This document shows positions 40,170-52,222 of a stretch of 64,000 nucleotides of DNA, piece after piece. The stretch comes from Octopus vulgaris (Eukaryota): NCBI GenBank assembly GCA_951406725.2, contig OX597820.1, forward strand, positions 127,162,001 through 127,226,000, given 5' to 3'. Both the position numbers and the translations under genes were made by a program. The notes under the pieces were generated by a model, which did not search any database, was not told where the DNA came from, and saw only the letters and a list, made by a program, of their open reading frames with translations. Positions within the stretch are counted from its first letter, which is position 1. The number at the start of each line of letters is the position of its first letter.

Positions 40170-41275
40170 AATAATGATAATGGTATCAAATTTTGGCTTA
40201 AGGCCAGAAAGATTTGGGAGAAAGGATTAGTCAGATATATCAGCCCCAGTAATTGACTGGGAAATTGGAAATCTGTATGTAAAGAGGTGGAAGAAATGTC
40301 ACTAATTTTTTTGTGCAATGCATTAACGACTACCTCGGTAATAAGAATAGCTTAAAATTTTGGCTCAAGGCCAGCAAGGTCAGAGGAGGGGGTAGAACAA
40401 TTACATTGACCCCAGAGATCAATTAGGACTTAGTTTATTAACCCTTAAAGGCTGAAGGACAAAGTCGACGGCAACAGCATTTGAACTAAGAATATAATGT
40501 CAGAAGAAATGCTTCTAAGCGTTTCACTTGACTTAACAATCGATTCTGTCAACTTGTCACCTCAATAATAATAATGGGTTCAAATTTTACTACAAGGGCA
40601 GTAATTTTGGGGAAGGGGATGAGTTGATTACATCAACCCCAGTGTTCAACTGGTACTTAATTTATTGACCGCAAAAGGATGAAAAGCAAAGTCAACCTCA
40701 GTTGAATTTGAACTTAGAACATAGCGACTGGTGAAATATTGCTAAGCATTTCATCCAATGCGCTAACAATTCTGCCACCTCACTGCCTTAATAATAGTAA
40801 TAATAATAATAGTGGTTTGAATTTTGGAACAAGGCCAGCAATTTTAGGGGAAGGAATTAGTCAATTACATTGAACCCAGTGCTCAACTGGTACTTATTTT
40901 ATCAGCCCCGAAAGAGATGAAAGGCTAAATCCACCTCAGTGGAATTTGAACTGAGGACATACAGACAGACGAAATGCCACTGAGCATTTTGTTCATCATG
41001 CTAATGATTCTGCAAACTCACCACTTTAGTAATAATTGGTTTCAAAATTTGGCCCACGACCAGCAAATTTGGTGGGGAAAGATTAAGTAGATTCATCGCT
41101 CCCAGTGCTCAACTTGTACTTATTTTATCGATCCCGAAGAGATGAAAGGCAAAGTCGACATTGGCGGAATTTGAAATGAAAATGTAAAGACAGAGAAAAT
41201 GCCACTAAACATTTAGTCTGATGTTCCAACGGTTCTGCCAGTTCACCACCAAAACAGTAATAATAATAATAACAA
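40170..41275 (-). mobile_element. About five head-to-tail copies of family B SINE, minus strand
   Basis: Repeated ggtacttattttatc...aaaggatgaaaggcaaagtcgac...ggaatttgaact separated by (TAA)n. Other copies at 3540-3960, 4700-5200, 31910-32120, 33700-33910 and 56500-56715. Confidence 0.85.
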
Positions 41276-42198
41276 TAAAAATAATGGAGAATACTAATGG
41301 GGATAAAAGTTGTCAAATAACAGTGTTAATGCTAAAAGCCAGACTGTTAAAACCATTACAGAATTAGCACAAACTGAAATACTATTGCCTGTGTTTGTTT
41401 TCATTTATCTCTTTTTTGTTATCTTTTGTTCTTTTTGTTCTTGTAAATGGTTGATAATGACAAATTAATGTAAAGTGTATAAAATACAAACAGTGAAATG
41501 CTTATTAAGAACATTAGTTATTTGTCTTTTGTAATTTTAAATCACTTCTCGCCTGCTGCTCTTTTTTTTGGTTTTGTTTGTTTTTGTGTAGTTTATGTAT
41601 ATATTTATTCTTTTATTTTTGATATCCAATTTATAGATGAGACAAGCAATTGCTAAATTACTAACACCCTAAATGCTTCTAAGCATCATATATGTGTGTG
41701 CACACATATGTGTGTCCATGTGCATGCGAAGGTGTCTGCATGTGCATATATATATATATGGTTGTGGGCATGTATGTGTGTGTGTGGCTGCATGAATATA
41801 TGTGTGTGCATATGTTTGTACATATGTATATCTGTCTGTCTGTGTGCATATGCATGCATGCATGCATATGTTGAAGTATCCTACAAGCCGTTATCAAAGT
41901 AATCATACAGAAACAAAGCGGTTATTAATCATGCACGCTGTTGGTTTTGCATGAGCAATTAGTGCATCTTTTCTGGCACTCACCACATTGTTTCCTACGT
42001 GAAACAATGAGAGGAGGAGGAGGAGAGACGCAATTTAATCTGCATGCAGGGCATTATTTGTACCGGTAACCAGCAGTCTTGTGCTTTGTTCAGTTTCAAT
42101 GTGTGGTCTCATTCTACACTGATCAATATTTGATTGATGATTGATAGAATATTGTTAGGCATTTTCTGCTACAAAGATCCATGTATTATTTCTCTGTA

Positions 42199-42256
<58 letters not shown>

Positions 42257-43235
42257 GTATATATATATATTGTGTATATATATATATATTGTGTATATGT
42301 ATACATATATATACATACACTCATACACAGACAGTATTCAGTCTTTTCAGATACTGATTAACAAGCTCTTATAACTAAAGAGCTGTCACAGTGTGGTATT
42401 TGGAGAAGAGAGGAGATTCCAAGCTGTTATTTCTTTGACTCCTGAAATAATGAACCTCTAAATAGAGCAAGTTTTCTTCTTTAGAATTCTTGTGTACATT
42501 TTTTTTTTCATTGTTGTAAATATAACATTGCACAAAATTACACTATTAAAAGAAATGTGTACTTGAAAATGGTATGAGGTAGTAGAAGAGAAGGCACGGA
42601 ATCTTTATTCTAACTAGTTCGGTAACTTGGCATTCTGTGTTGTAATCCTGTCAAGAGTAGATTTTAAACAAAACTTCTCTTTTTAGTCAATAAAAATAAA
42701 ATGCGCTCTGTTATACTGGGGTAAAACCAGTCTTGAAATTGAAAGGGCATATGCGTGCACGTACGCACACACAAATATTGACTTTTGTACCAAATCTAAG
42801 AAGCTGCATTAGATGAATTGACAGAATTTTGTAAAGGGTCATAAAAATTAACCCCCCCACCTCTCTCAGTTTTTAAGGGTCAAGTTATTGGCAGCACTTG
42901 ATGCTGTGTAGCTCCTAGTGAAACAAGCTTAGATTAAACTTTATCTTTCTTACTTCTTGGGTTCCTGAAAATAAAGTACTTGTTCAGAACTGCCCTTGGG
43001 TTAACTAAAACCTCCCCAACAATGATTTGTGGCCTCGTGCTTATATTAGTGGTAATAATAGCAAATTTTTTTATTATATTGGCAGTGAGCTAGAGGAGCT
43101 GTTGGCATGCTGGGCAAAATGCTTAGCAGCATTTTGTCCATTTCTATGTTCTGTGTTTAAATTCCATTGGGGTCTACTTGGCCTTTCATCCTTTCAGCAC
43201 TGAAAATTACTGGCTTTGTGCCAAAATTTGAAACC

Positions 43236-43266
<31 letters not shown>

Positions 43267-43999
43267 AATGATAATAAAAATGTGTTTAATAAAAATTTTG
43301 GGTGTAGTTAAGAAGTTTGTTTCCCAACCATGTAGTTTTAGGTTCAGTCCCACTGTGGGGCACCTTAAAGCTTTGTGTGTGGACTTGGTTGAAAGGAGGC
43401 TATTATGTGTGGTGAGAGTGTACATTTGTATATGAGTGTGTGTGTATACACACACACACATGTATGGGTGTGTTTGTGCCTACTCCTCTTCACATCATGT
43501 GATAGGCATTAATGAGTGTCACCTTCATGCAAAACCATGTCCAATCTTCCAACTTCCATGAAAGCATGCCCTGTCATGGGGGTGATGTTACCCTATTTAG
43601 ATTTGGATGCAAGTGAGGGTTGTCTGCAGGAAGAGCATCTACTTGTAGGAAAATCTGCCTCAACAAATTCCACTTGACCCCTGCATGCATAGGAAAGTAA
43701 ATAGCAAAACAATGACTTCTGTTGGAATAAAGTATCTTTGTTTTCAACTGATTTGTAAAATAATAATTTTGTGAAATAACATTACCATTATTTAGCTGGA
43801 AGAATTGTTAGTGCACTGGACCAAATGCTCAGCTGCATTTGATCAAAGAGCTGACCAAACAGTTGTAATACACATTGTCAAAACTGACAGACACCTACGG
43901 TTGTGGGGGTTTTTTTATGTCATCTCTCTTGTATCATCAAAGACTATTTTTTGATCAACTTGTGTTGTGTTGTTCCTAACACTTATTCTACAAGAATTC

Positions 44000-46900
44000 T
44001 ACAGGATGTATAGAGTGGGCCAAAAGTAGATACAGGATGTATAGAGTGGGCCAAAAGTAGATACAGGATGTATAGAGTGGGCCAAAAGTCGATACAGGAT
44101 GTATAGAGTGGGCCAAAAGTAGATACAGGATGTATAGAGTGGGCCAAAAGTAGATACAGGATGTATAGAGTGGGCCAAAAGTAGATACAGGATGTATAGA
44201 GTGGACCAAAAGTAGATACAGGATGTATAGAGTGGACCAAAAGTAGATACAGGATGTATAGAGTGGGCCAAAAGTAGATACAGGATGTATAGAGTGGGCC
44301 AAAAGTAGATGCAGGATGTATAGAGTGGGCCAAAAGTAGATGCAGGATGTATAGAGTGGACCAAAAGTAGATACAGGATGTATAGAGTGGGCCAAAAGTA
44401 GATACAGGATGTATAGAGTGGACCAAAAGTAGATACAGGATGTATAGAGTGGGCCAAAAGTAGATACAGGATGTATAGAGTGGGCCAAAAGTAGATACAG
44501 GATGTATAGAGTGGGACCAAAAGTAGATACAGGATGTATAGAGTGGGCCAAAAGTCGATACAGGATGTATAGAGTGGGCCAAAAGTCGATACAGGATGTA
44601 TAGAGTGGGCCAAAAGTAGATACAGGATGTATAGAGTGGACCAAAAGTAGATACAGGATGTATAGAGTGGGCCAAAAGTAGATACAGGATGTATAGAGTG
44701 GGCCAAAAGTAGATACAGGATGTATAGAGTGGGCCAAAAGTAGATACAGGATGTATAGAGTGGGCCAAAAGTAGATACAGGATGTATAGAGTGGGCCAAA
44801 AGTAGATACAGGATGTATAGAGTGGGCCAAAAGTAGATACAGGATGTATAGAGTGGGCCAAAAGTAGATGCAGGATGTATAGAGTGGACCAAAAGTAGAT
44901 GCAGGATGTATAGAGTGGGCCAAAAGTAGATACAGGATGTATAGAGTGGACCAAAAGTAGATACAGGATGTATAGAGTGGGCCAAAAGTAGATACAGGAT
45001 GTATAGAGTGGACCAAAAGTAGATACAGGATGTATAGAGTGGGCCAAAAGTAGATACAGGATGTATAGAGTGGGCCAAAAGTAGATACAGGATGTATAGA
45101 GTGGGCCAAAAGTAGATACAGGATGTATAGAGTGGGCCAAAAGTAGATACAGGATGTATAGAGTGGGCCAAAAGTAGATACAGGATGTATAGAGTGGGCC
45201 AAAAGTAGATACAGGATGTATAGAGTGGGCCAAAAGTAGATGCAGGATGTATAGAGTGGGCCAAAAGTAGATGCAGGATGTATAGAGTGGGCCAAAAGTA
45301 GATGCAGATGATGTAGATAGGAGTAAGGGCCAAAAGTAGATGCAGGATGTATAGAGTGGGCCAAAAGTAGATGCAGGATGTATAGAGTGGGCCAAAAGTA
45401 GATGCAGGATGTATAGAGTGGGCCAAAAAGTAGATACAGGATGTATAGAGTGGGCCAAAAGTAGATGCAGGATGTATAGAGTGGACCAAAAGTAGTCAGG
45501 ATGAGTGGCCAGATCAGGATGTATAGAGTGGACCAAAAGTAGATGCAGGATGTATAGAGTGGGCCAAAAGTAGATACAGGATGTATAGAGTGGGCCAAAA
45601 GTAGATACAGGATGTATAGAGTGGGCCAAAAGTAGATACAGGATGTATAGAGTGGGCCAAAAGTAGATACAGGATGTATAGAGTGGGCCAAAAGTAGATA
45701 CAGGATGTATAGAGTGGGCCAAAAGTAGATGCAGGATGTATAGAGTGGGCCAAAAGTAGATGCAGGATGTATAGAGTGGGCCAAAAGTAGATGCAGGATG
45801 TATAGAGTGGGCCAAAAGTAGATGCAGGATGTATAGAGTGGGCCAAAAGTAGATGCAGGATGTATAGAGTGGACCAAAAGTAGATACAGGATGTATAGAG
45901 TGGGCCAAAAGTAGATACAGGATGTATAGAGTGGGCCAAAAGTAGATACAAGATGTAATGAGTGGGCCAAAAGTCGATACAGGATGTATAGAGTGGGCCA
46001 AAAGTCGATACAGGATGTATAGAGTGGGCCAAAAGTCGATGCAGGATGTATAGAGTGGGCCAAAAGTAGATGCAGGATGTATAGAGTGGGCCAAAAGTAG
46101 ATGCAGGATGTATAGAGTGGGCCAAAAGTCGATGCAGGATGTATAGAGTGGGCCAAAAGTAGATACAGGATGTATAGAGTGGACCAAAAGTAGATACAGG
46201 ATGTATAGAGTGGACCAAAAGTAGATACAGGATGTATAGAGTGGGCCAAAAGTAGATACAGGATGTATAGAGTGGGCCAAAAGTAGATACAGGATGTATA
46301 GAGTGGGCCAAAAGTAGATGCAGGATGTATAGAGTGGGCCAAAAGTAGATGCAGGATGTATAGAGTGGGCCAAAAGTAGATACAGGATGTATAGAGTGGA
46401 CCAAAAGTAGATACAGGATGTATAGAGTGCACCAAAAGTAGATGCAGGATGTATAGAGTGCACCAAAAGTAGATACAGGATGTATAGAGTGGACCAAAAG
46501 TAGATACAGGATGTATAGAGTGGGCCAAAAGTAGATACAGGATGTATAGAGTGGGCCAAAAGTAGATGCAGGATGTATAGAGTGGGCCAAAAGTAGATGC
46601 AGGATGTATAGAGTGGGCCAAAAGTAGATGCAGGATGTATAGAGTGGGCCAAAAGTAGATGCAGGATGTATAGAGTGGGCCAAAAGTAGATGCAGGATGT
46701 ATAGAGTGGGCCAAAAGTAGATACAGGATGTATAGAGTGGGCCAAAAGTAGATACAGGATGTATAGAGTGGGCCAAAAGTAGATACAGGATGTATAGAGT
46801 GGACCAAAGAGATCAGGATACAGAGAGATAGAGTGGGCCAAAAGTAGATACAGGATGTATAGAGTGGGCCAAAAGTAGATACAGGATGTATAGAGTGGGC

Positions 46901-47440
46901 CAAAAGTAGATACAGGATGTATAGAGTGGACCAAAAGTAGATACAGGATGTATAGAGTGGGCCAAAAGTAGATACAGGATGTATAGAGTGGGCCAAAAGT
47001 AGATACAGGATGTATAGAGTGGACCAAAAGTAGATACAGGATGTATAGAGTGGGCCAAAAGTAGATACAGGATGTATAGAGTGGGCCAAAAGTAGATACA
47101 GGATGTATAGAGTGGGCCAAAAGTAGATACAGGATGTATAGAGTGGGCCAAAAGTAGATACAGGATGTATAGAGTGGACCAAAAGTAGATACAGGATGTA
47201 TAGAGTGGACCAAAAGTAGATACAGGATGTATAGAGTGGGCCAAAAGGAGATACAGGATGTATAGAGTGGGCCAAAAGTAGATACAGGATGTATAGAGTG
47301 GGCCAAAAGTAGATACAGGATGTATAGAGTGGGCCAAAAGTAGATACAGGATGTATAGAGTGGGCCAAAAGTAGATACAGGATGTATAGAGTGGGCCAAA
47401 AGTAGATACAGGATGTATAGAGTGGACCAAGTAGATATAC
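44000..47440. repeat. 31-bp tandem satellite, about 110 copies (TACAGGATGTATAGAGTGGGCCAAAAGTAGA)n
   Basis: Directly visible; highly homogeneous with recurrent variants GGGCC/GGACC, GATAC/GATGC and GTAGA/GTCGA. Confidence 0.99.
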
Positions 47441-47634
47441 ACTTTAAATTTTTTCCATTTTATTACATTTACTCTTATTCAATTACAGTTACATTTATTA
47501 AACACAGTTTAATCTCCTAAATGTTTCACTTTCTTTGTTCTTGACTCAAATTATTTGTCATTATTTACGGTACCTGTAAAAAAATTAATTAATTTAAAAA
47601 GTGTATACCTACTTTTGACCCCCCCCCCCCTGTA
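47417..47634. mobile_element. Tc1/mariner-type MITE (~215 bp) whose left TIR is continuous with the satellite
   Basis: Right end aatttaaaaagtgtatacctacttttgacc(c)n-tg|ta is the reverse complement of left end tatagagtggaccaagtagatatacactttaaatt; CAG terminus with TA flank. Confidence 0.7.
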
Positions 47635-48846
47635 GTAGATGGGTGGGGAAACTTTTTAGTGCAGCAGGCAAAAATTTCCGAAGTCAAACGTCCTTAGGTA
47701 GATCACAAGTTCTGACTCTTATATCTGTGTAAATCTTGTATATATCGATGTATAATTTGATATACATAAATAAAGATAAGTTTAACACATTGAATTAACA
47801 TGTAACATCTTCATTAATATTGCCACTGAATTTAGGACATTTTATACTTATGAGGTATTCTATATTTTTCAAAATGTACCTATCCTAATATTGGAGAAAT
47901 CATTACAATCAAGCACAGACCACATTTAATCTTTAAAAACTGCATTGATATGTAAATGACATAAACAAATTTATCCTAGTGATAATTTTATCAAAGCTAA
48001 TTAACCATTACTTTAAAATTTGGTTTTGTCTAGTGAGAAGGATGAAACTGCTTTTTTTTATTTATTTATTTTTTTTTTTTTTGAAGTTTAGGAATATCAC
48101 ATGCCTTTGAAGAAACTGCGATTCTTAGTCCTTTACTCAAGTTTTCATCGGTAAATCTGGTACAAAGATGATTTTTTTTGCATAATCTAGTTTGGTAAAA
48201 AACTGCTCGCATTTTTTGCAAAAATGTGGAAAAGGAAATAGGGAGGAAAATTTAAATACTTGGGATTCTTGGATATGAATAATTTTTACACAGTATCTTC
48301 TACAATCCTTCAACTTTCATTTCATATAAAAATTATTTCAATACATGCAATGTATTTTTAGTTTTCTCAGCTAAAGTACAGTTGGGTCTCAAGAGGATGA
48401 TACAAACCTAGCAATATGTGTTGTATAGTGAAAACAAGCTTTCCATTCAAATGGCAATTTCCAGACGATTTCTCTTCGAGTCTGGCTGTTTTAAGTTGTC
48501 CTGCAAACCTAACCTATGTCACAAATAGGCATACAAGTATCGTATAAAGTTCATTATTGAAACATTTACCCTATTTTGCACAAACGAGTATATCAGCCTG
48601 CAGGCACAATAAAATGGGCTGGTGGGTGCAATTGTGCTCACGGGCAAGTCTCTCCCCATCCCTGCTTTAGTAGAAGAGTATGTTTCCTTAATTTCTTTCC
48701 AGTGTTTAGTTAGACATCCCTACCGCAAACCGTCCCTGATCAATCAAGCCATCTATGCCATTCCACCCTTGACCACCCTGTCTTTTTCTCAGCCATTCTT
48801 CATATACTGCAGCATTATCCAGTATGTTCTCTTTCTTTTAAGCCAT

Positions 48847-49240
48847 TTACTCTTTTACTTGTTTCAGTCATTTGACTGTGGCCATGCTGGAGCACTGCCT
48901 TTTAGTCGAGCAAATCAACCCCAGGACTTCTTCTTTGTAAGCCTAGTACTTATTTTATCGGTATCTTTTGCCAAACCGCTAAGTTACGGGGACGTAAACT
49001 CACCAGCATCGGTTGTCAAGCGATGTTGGGGGTACAAACACAGACACACACAAACATATACACACACAAACATATATACAACGGGTTCTTTCAGTTTCCG
49101 TCTACCAAATCCACTCACAAGGCTTTGGTCGGCCCGAGGCTATAGTAGAAGACACTTGCCCAAGGTGCCATGCAGTGGGACTGAACCCGGAACCATGCAG
49201 TTGGTAAACAAGCTACTTACCACACAGCCACTCCTACGCC
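48847..49240 (-). mobile_element. Full-length young family A SINE
   Basis: Intact head GGCGTAGGAGTGGCTGTGTGGTAAG and (GTAAAAGA)n tail; CpGs retained. Confidence 0.9.
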
Positions 49241-49899
49241 ATTTAGGTATAAATTTTGAGGAAGAAAAATTGACTTATTTCTCATAGACTATGCAAGCGC
49301 AATGAGGCTTGTTGGCTTCTGTATTGTTTTGTCAATTTGTTCTCTGGAGTGTATAAAAAAAGACACAATGTTTCGGGTAGTGCCACCTTTCTCAGCCAAC
49401 CAAGTTCTATCCTATTATGAATTTGAGCGATGTTTCTCTGTCCTTCAGGTTTTTAGGTTCATTAACTCCTCCTAGACTATTGGTGCAAGGACAATAAAAC
49501 TCAAACCAGCAGTTTTCCTAATCCCAGGGAATGTCCTAAGCAGGGTCTATTTTTTAAGGGCCACCTAATTGGAGCCCCACTTAAACAAACCAAAGATTCT
49601 TGTTTCGATAACTTCTGCACTTGTTGCACATGCACACAAGGTGGCTGATGCTGCACATTAAAGATTAGAATTCACTAAAACTTCAGAAGTAGCTACTCAG
49701 TCACTTGCACAGCTACTCTCCATACAGACTGTGATAACACAACACACACAGACACACACATTTTATATATGTGTATGTATATGCATGTATATATATGTAT
49801 ATCCATTTATATATGTATATCCATCTGTCCATTCATCAATCTGTCTGAAGGTGGAACTGCTAGCACACAGCTGCTGCTAGGTCATATGTATTTGTGTAA

Positions 49900-50476
49900 T
49901 CTATATATATAAAACTGTAGTTGTGTGAGTGTCTGTCTCCTACGATTTAGATTCCTAACTCCTCCCACATTTTGCGGTGCAGTTTAACCAAATTCGGGTA
50001 TCTTATAGTCGTGATTAATATCGAGCCCGTCTGGCTATTAGCGCGCGTCTACGATGAGTCTACGATTTTAAAAATAATTTAACATAATTTTTTATTCCAT
50101 TTTAATGCATAATTTTTCGTGTGTCGATGGCGGCGGAGTTGGCGTCCACGCTCAAACAACTGCACCTGTGTTTGCTTCTCCCCCTTCTTCCCTCCCTCGT
50201 GAAGCTGTGGGGAAGGGAGTTTAAGGAAATCAACGTCGTAATGCGTTGTCAAGGAGACCAGCGTTCTTTTAGAACAACAACTTCATGGCTTGAAGACACC
50301 AAAACAGAAATGGCTAAGAAAGCCCGAATTGGCATCTATAAAGGAAGTAACTCTCTAAAAATGCTTATATGGCGGTGCCCCAGCATGGCCACAGCTCATA
50401 AGCTGAAACTAGAATCAATCAATCAATCATAGTTATTTCCCTTACAAACCCGAGCAACGCCGGGCGATACTGCTAG
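49900..50476 (+). mobile_element. Non-autonomous Helitron (~577 bp)
   Basis: Inserted between A and T; 5' TCTATATATATAAAA; 3' hairpin CCCG-AGCAACGC-CGGG followed by CTAG; no TSD; CpG-rich, hence young. Confidence 0.85.
50371..50430 (+). mobile_element. Very short 5'-truncated LINE/SINE 3' end with (AATC)n tail nested in the Helitron
   Basis: GGCGGTGCCCCAGCATGGCCACAGCTCATAAGCTGAAACTAG(AATC)n; same tail motif as the SINEs and the 5S chimera. Confidence 0.7.
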
Positions 50477-50568
50477 TTATTTATAAAATAATTTATGTAA
50501 TGGTATGGGACTGAAACAAATTGTAATTTGTAATTAAAACCTGTTTATTTCATCTTATGAAAATTCAT

Positions 50569-50599
<31 letters not shown>

Positions 50600-50640
50600 G
50601 ATACATATATATGTATATATACACATATAGATATATACAT

Positions 50641-50683
<43 letters not shown>

Positions 50684-50702
50684 TATATATATACATATAA
50701 AT

Positions 50703-51843
50703 AAACATTGATCATAGAATAAACATCAAATTCAAGTCAACGACTTTATATATAACACCATACCTCAAACATTTGATTATACATATATATTAGCATGGTT
50801 CTTAAACATATGAAAATATACATATACAAAAAACACAGAATGTAAAAATATGCATGTGAATAAACTAAATATATAGAATGGCCTATCAAAATGGTAAATA
50901 CAACCGGCTAAAAATTCATAAAAATTCCAAAGTGTGTCATGCTACTAAAAAAGCTAAATAAACTAAGATAAAATAAAATGTCAATCGACTAAAAAAAATT
51001 TAAGTTTTTTTATTCCCCTTACACAAGAAAGAGTCTGTCCAAAAATTTCAATTGGTAGGTTGGTGCCCACGAGCAAAAAGTGTTCTACACAATCAATTCA
51101 AACACACCTATGGCCATTTCAAGAGTTCATTGCTGTGGTTCAGTTACAGTCAAAGTGCATCTGGGCAATGATCCCCCTCATCAGGATGAACAGGAAACAC
51201 GCTCAAAACGAAACTAAAAAGTTCATACAACGCCACATGGCTAATTTCAAGATAAACCCATCACAGAACCAGTCCAAATTTTCTACCCCCACCCAATTAT
51301 TTCATTATTTACATTTGACATATTTGTCCTCATCTTCTTTGTTGTTAAACACCACATTTCGGCTGATATACCCTCCAGCCTTCATCAGGTGTCTTGGGAA
51401 AATTTCAAACCCGGGTTCTCATTTCTAAGGTATTTTTCAATATTATTATTATTATTTGGGGTTAGTAGCCTGCACTCTTAACCACTATGCCATATGCCCA
51501 TGGGCATATGGCATAGAACTGTAGAATTATTTCATTGCTAAACATGGAGGTGGCTGTTGTTAATAGAAATTGACATTTTATTTTATCTTAGTTTTTTAGA
51601 AGCATGACACACTTTAGAATTTTTATGAATCTCTTAGTGGTTCTATTTTCCTTTTTGAAAGGCTCTTCTATATATTTGTATTTTATTCACATATATGTTT
51701 TTACCTTCTGTGTTTTTTGTATATGTATATTTTTATATGTTTAAGAACCATGGTTATATTTATACATGATCAAATGTTTGGAGGTATGGTGTTTATATAA
51801 AGTCATTGACTCGAATTTCATATTTGTTCTATGATCAATGTTT
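50703..51843. repeat. Long inverted repeat: ~280-bp arms (50703-50985 and 51569-51843) around a ~580-bp spacer
   Basis: For example aaacattgatcatagaa / ttctatgatcaatgttt, and ctaagataaaataaaatgtcaat / attgacattttattttatcttag. Confidence 0.88.
51348..51393 (-). ncRNA. Degenerate minimal hammerhead motif in a Penelope-like fragment
   Basis: GACAC-CTGATGA-A-GGCTG(10-nt loop)CAGCC-GAAA-TG-TG-GTGTT; stem III and cleavage triplet mutated. Confidence 0.6.
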
Positions 51844-51964
51844 CTTTACCTCTGTCTCAATTACATTTGAGCATTTCTTTTTTGCAGTCCTATAAACTCT
51901 TTTGTTTCCACAAAAAGATGCAAAAATTATTTTGTGCACACACACACACACACACACACACAGA

Positions 51965-52140
51965 GGGAGAATTCACAAAAAAACAAAAGATGAAGGCAGG
52001 TGGTGTAGACAACAAACAGATGTATTAGTTTAACGCTCGGGAAGTGAAAAAGTCTTTAACGTTTCGAGCCTTTGCTCATCCACAGAAAGAAACAAAGAGA
52101 GAAAAGAAAGAATATGTAGTAGCTAGCAATCTATCATGGT
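51965..52140 (-). mobile_element. Penelope-like fragment with hammerhead-like motif
   Basis: CTTT-CTGTGGA-T-GAGC(AAAG)GCTC-GAAA-CG-TT-AAAG at 52054-52089; decayed relative at about 13830-14030 (+). Confidence 0.55.
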
Positions 52141-52222
52141 GAATGGCGAAACTCTGCATAAGGAGTAGACAACCACCATATGTGTGTGTGTGTAAAAATA
52201 TACACACGCACACACACATATG

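Noticed and set aside
45296-46835. Irregular units at about 45300-45330, 45490-45515 and 46805-46830 as meaningful spacers
   Set aside because: They are scrambled versions of the unit, consistent with long-read consensus error or local indels.
44000-47440. CRISPR-like appearance of the 31-bp array
   Set aside because: No unique spacers, no cas genes, eukaryotic context.
43983-47442. 1138-, 1126-, 496-, 420- and 209-aa minus-strand ORFs
   Set aside because: Translations of a 31-bp unit (not a multiple of 3) that lacks minus-strand stops, so all three frames give the same cyclic peptide; no protein-like features.
48622-49287. 221-aa ORF and similar ORFs containing GYSRRHLPKVPCSGTEPGTM or VEDTCPRCHAV
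   Set aside because: Chance open frames through family A SINE copies.
49362-49400. Additional hammerhead-like motif (minus strand CTGAGAA...GAAACATT)
   Set aside because: Core mutated and stem I does not pair; too degraded to call.
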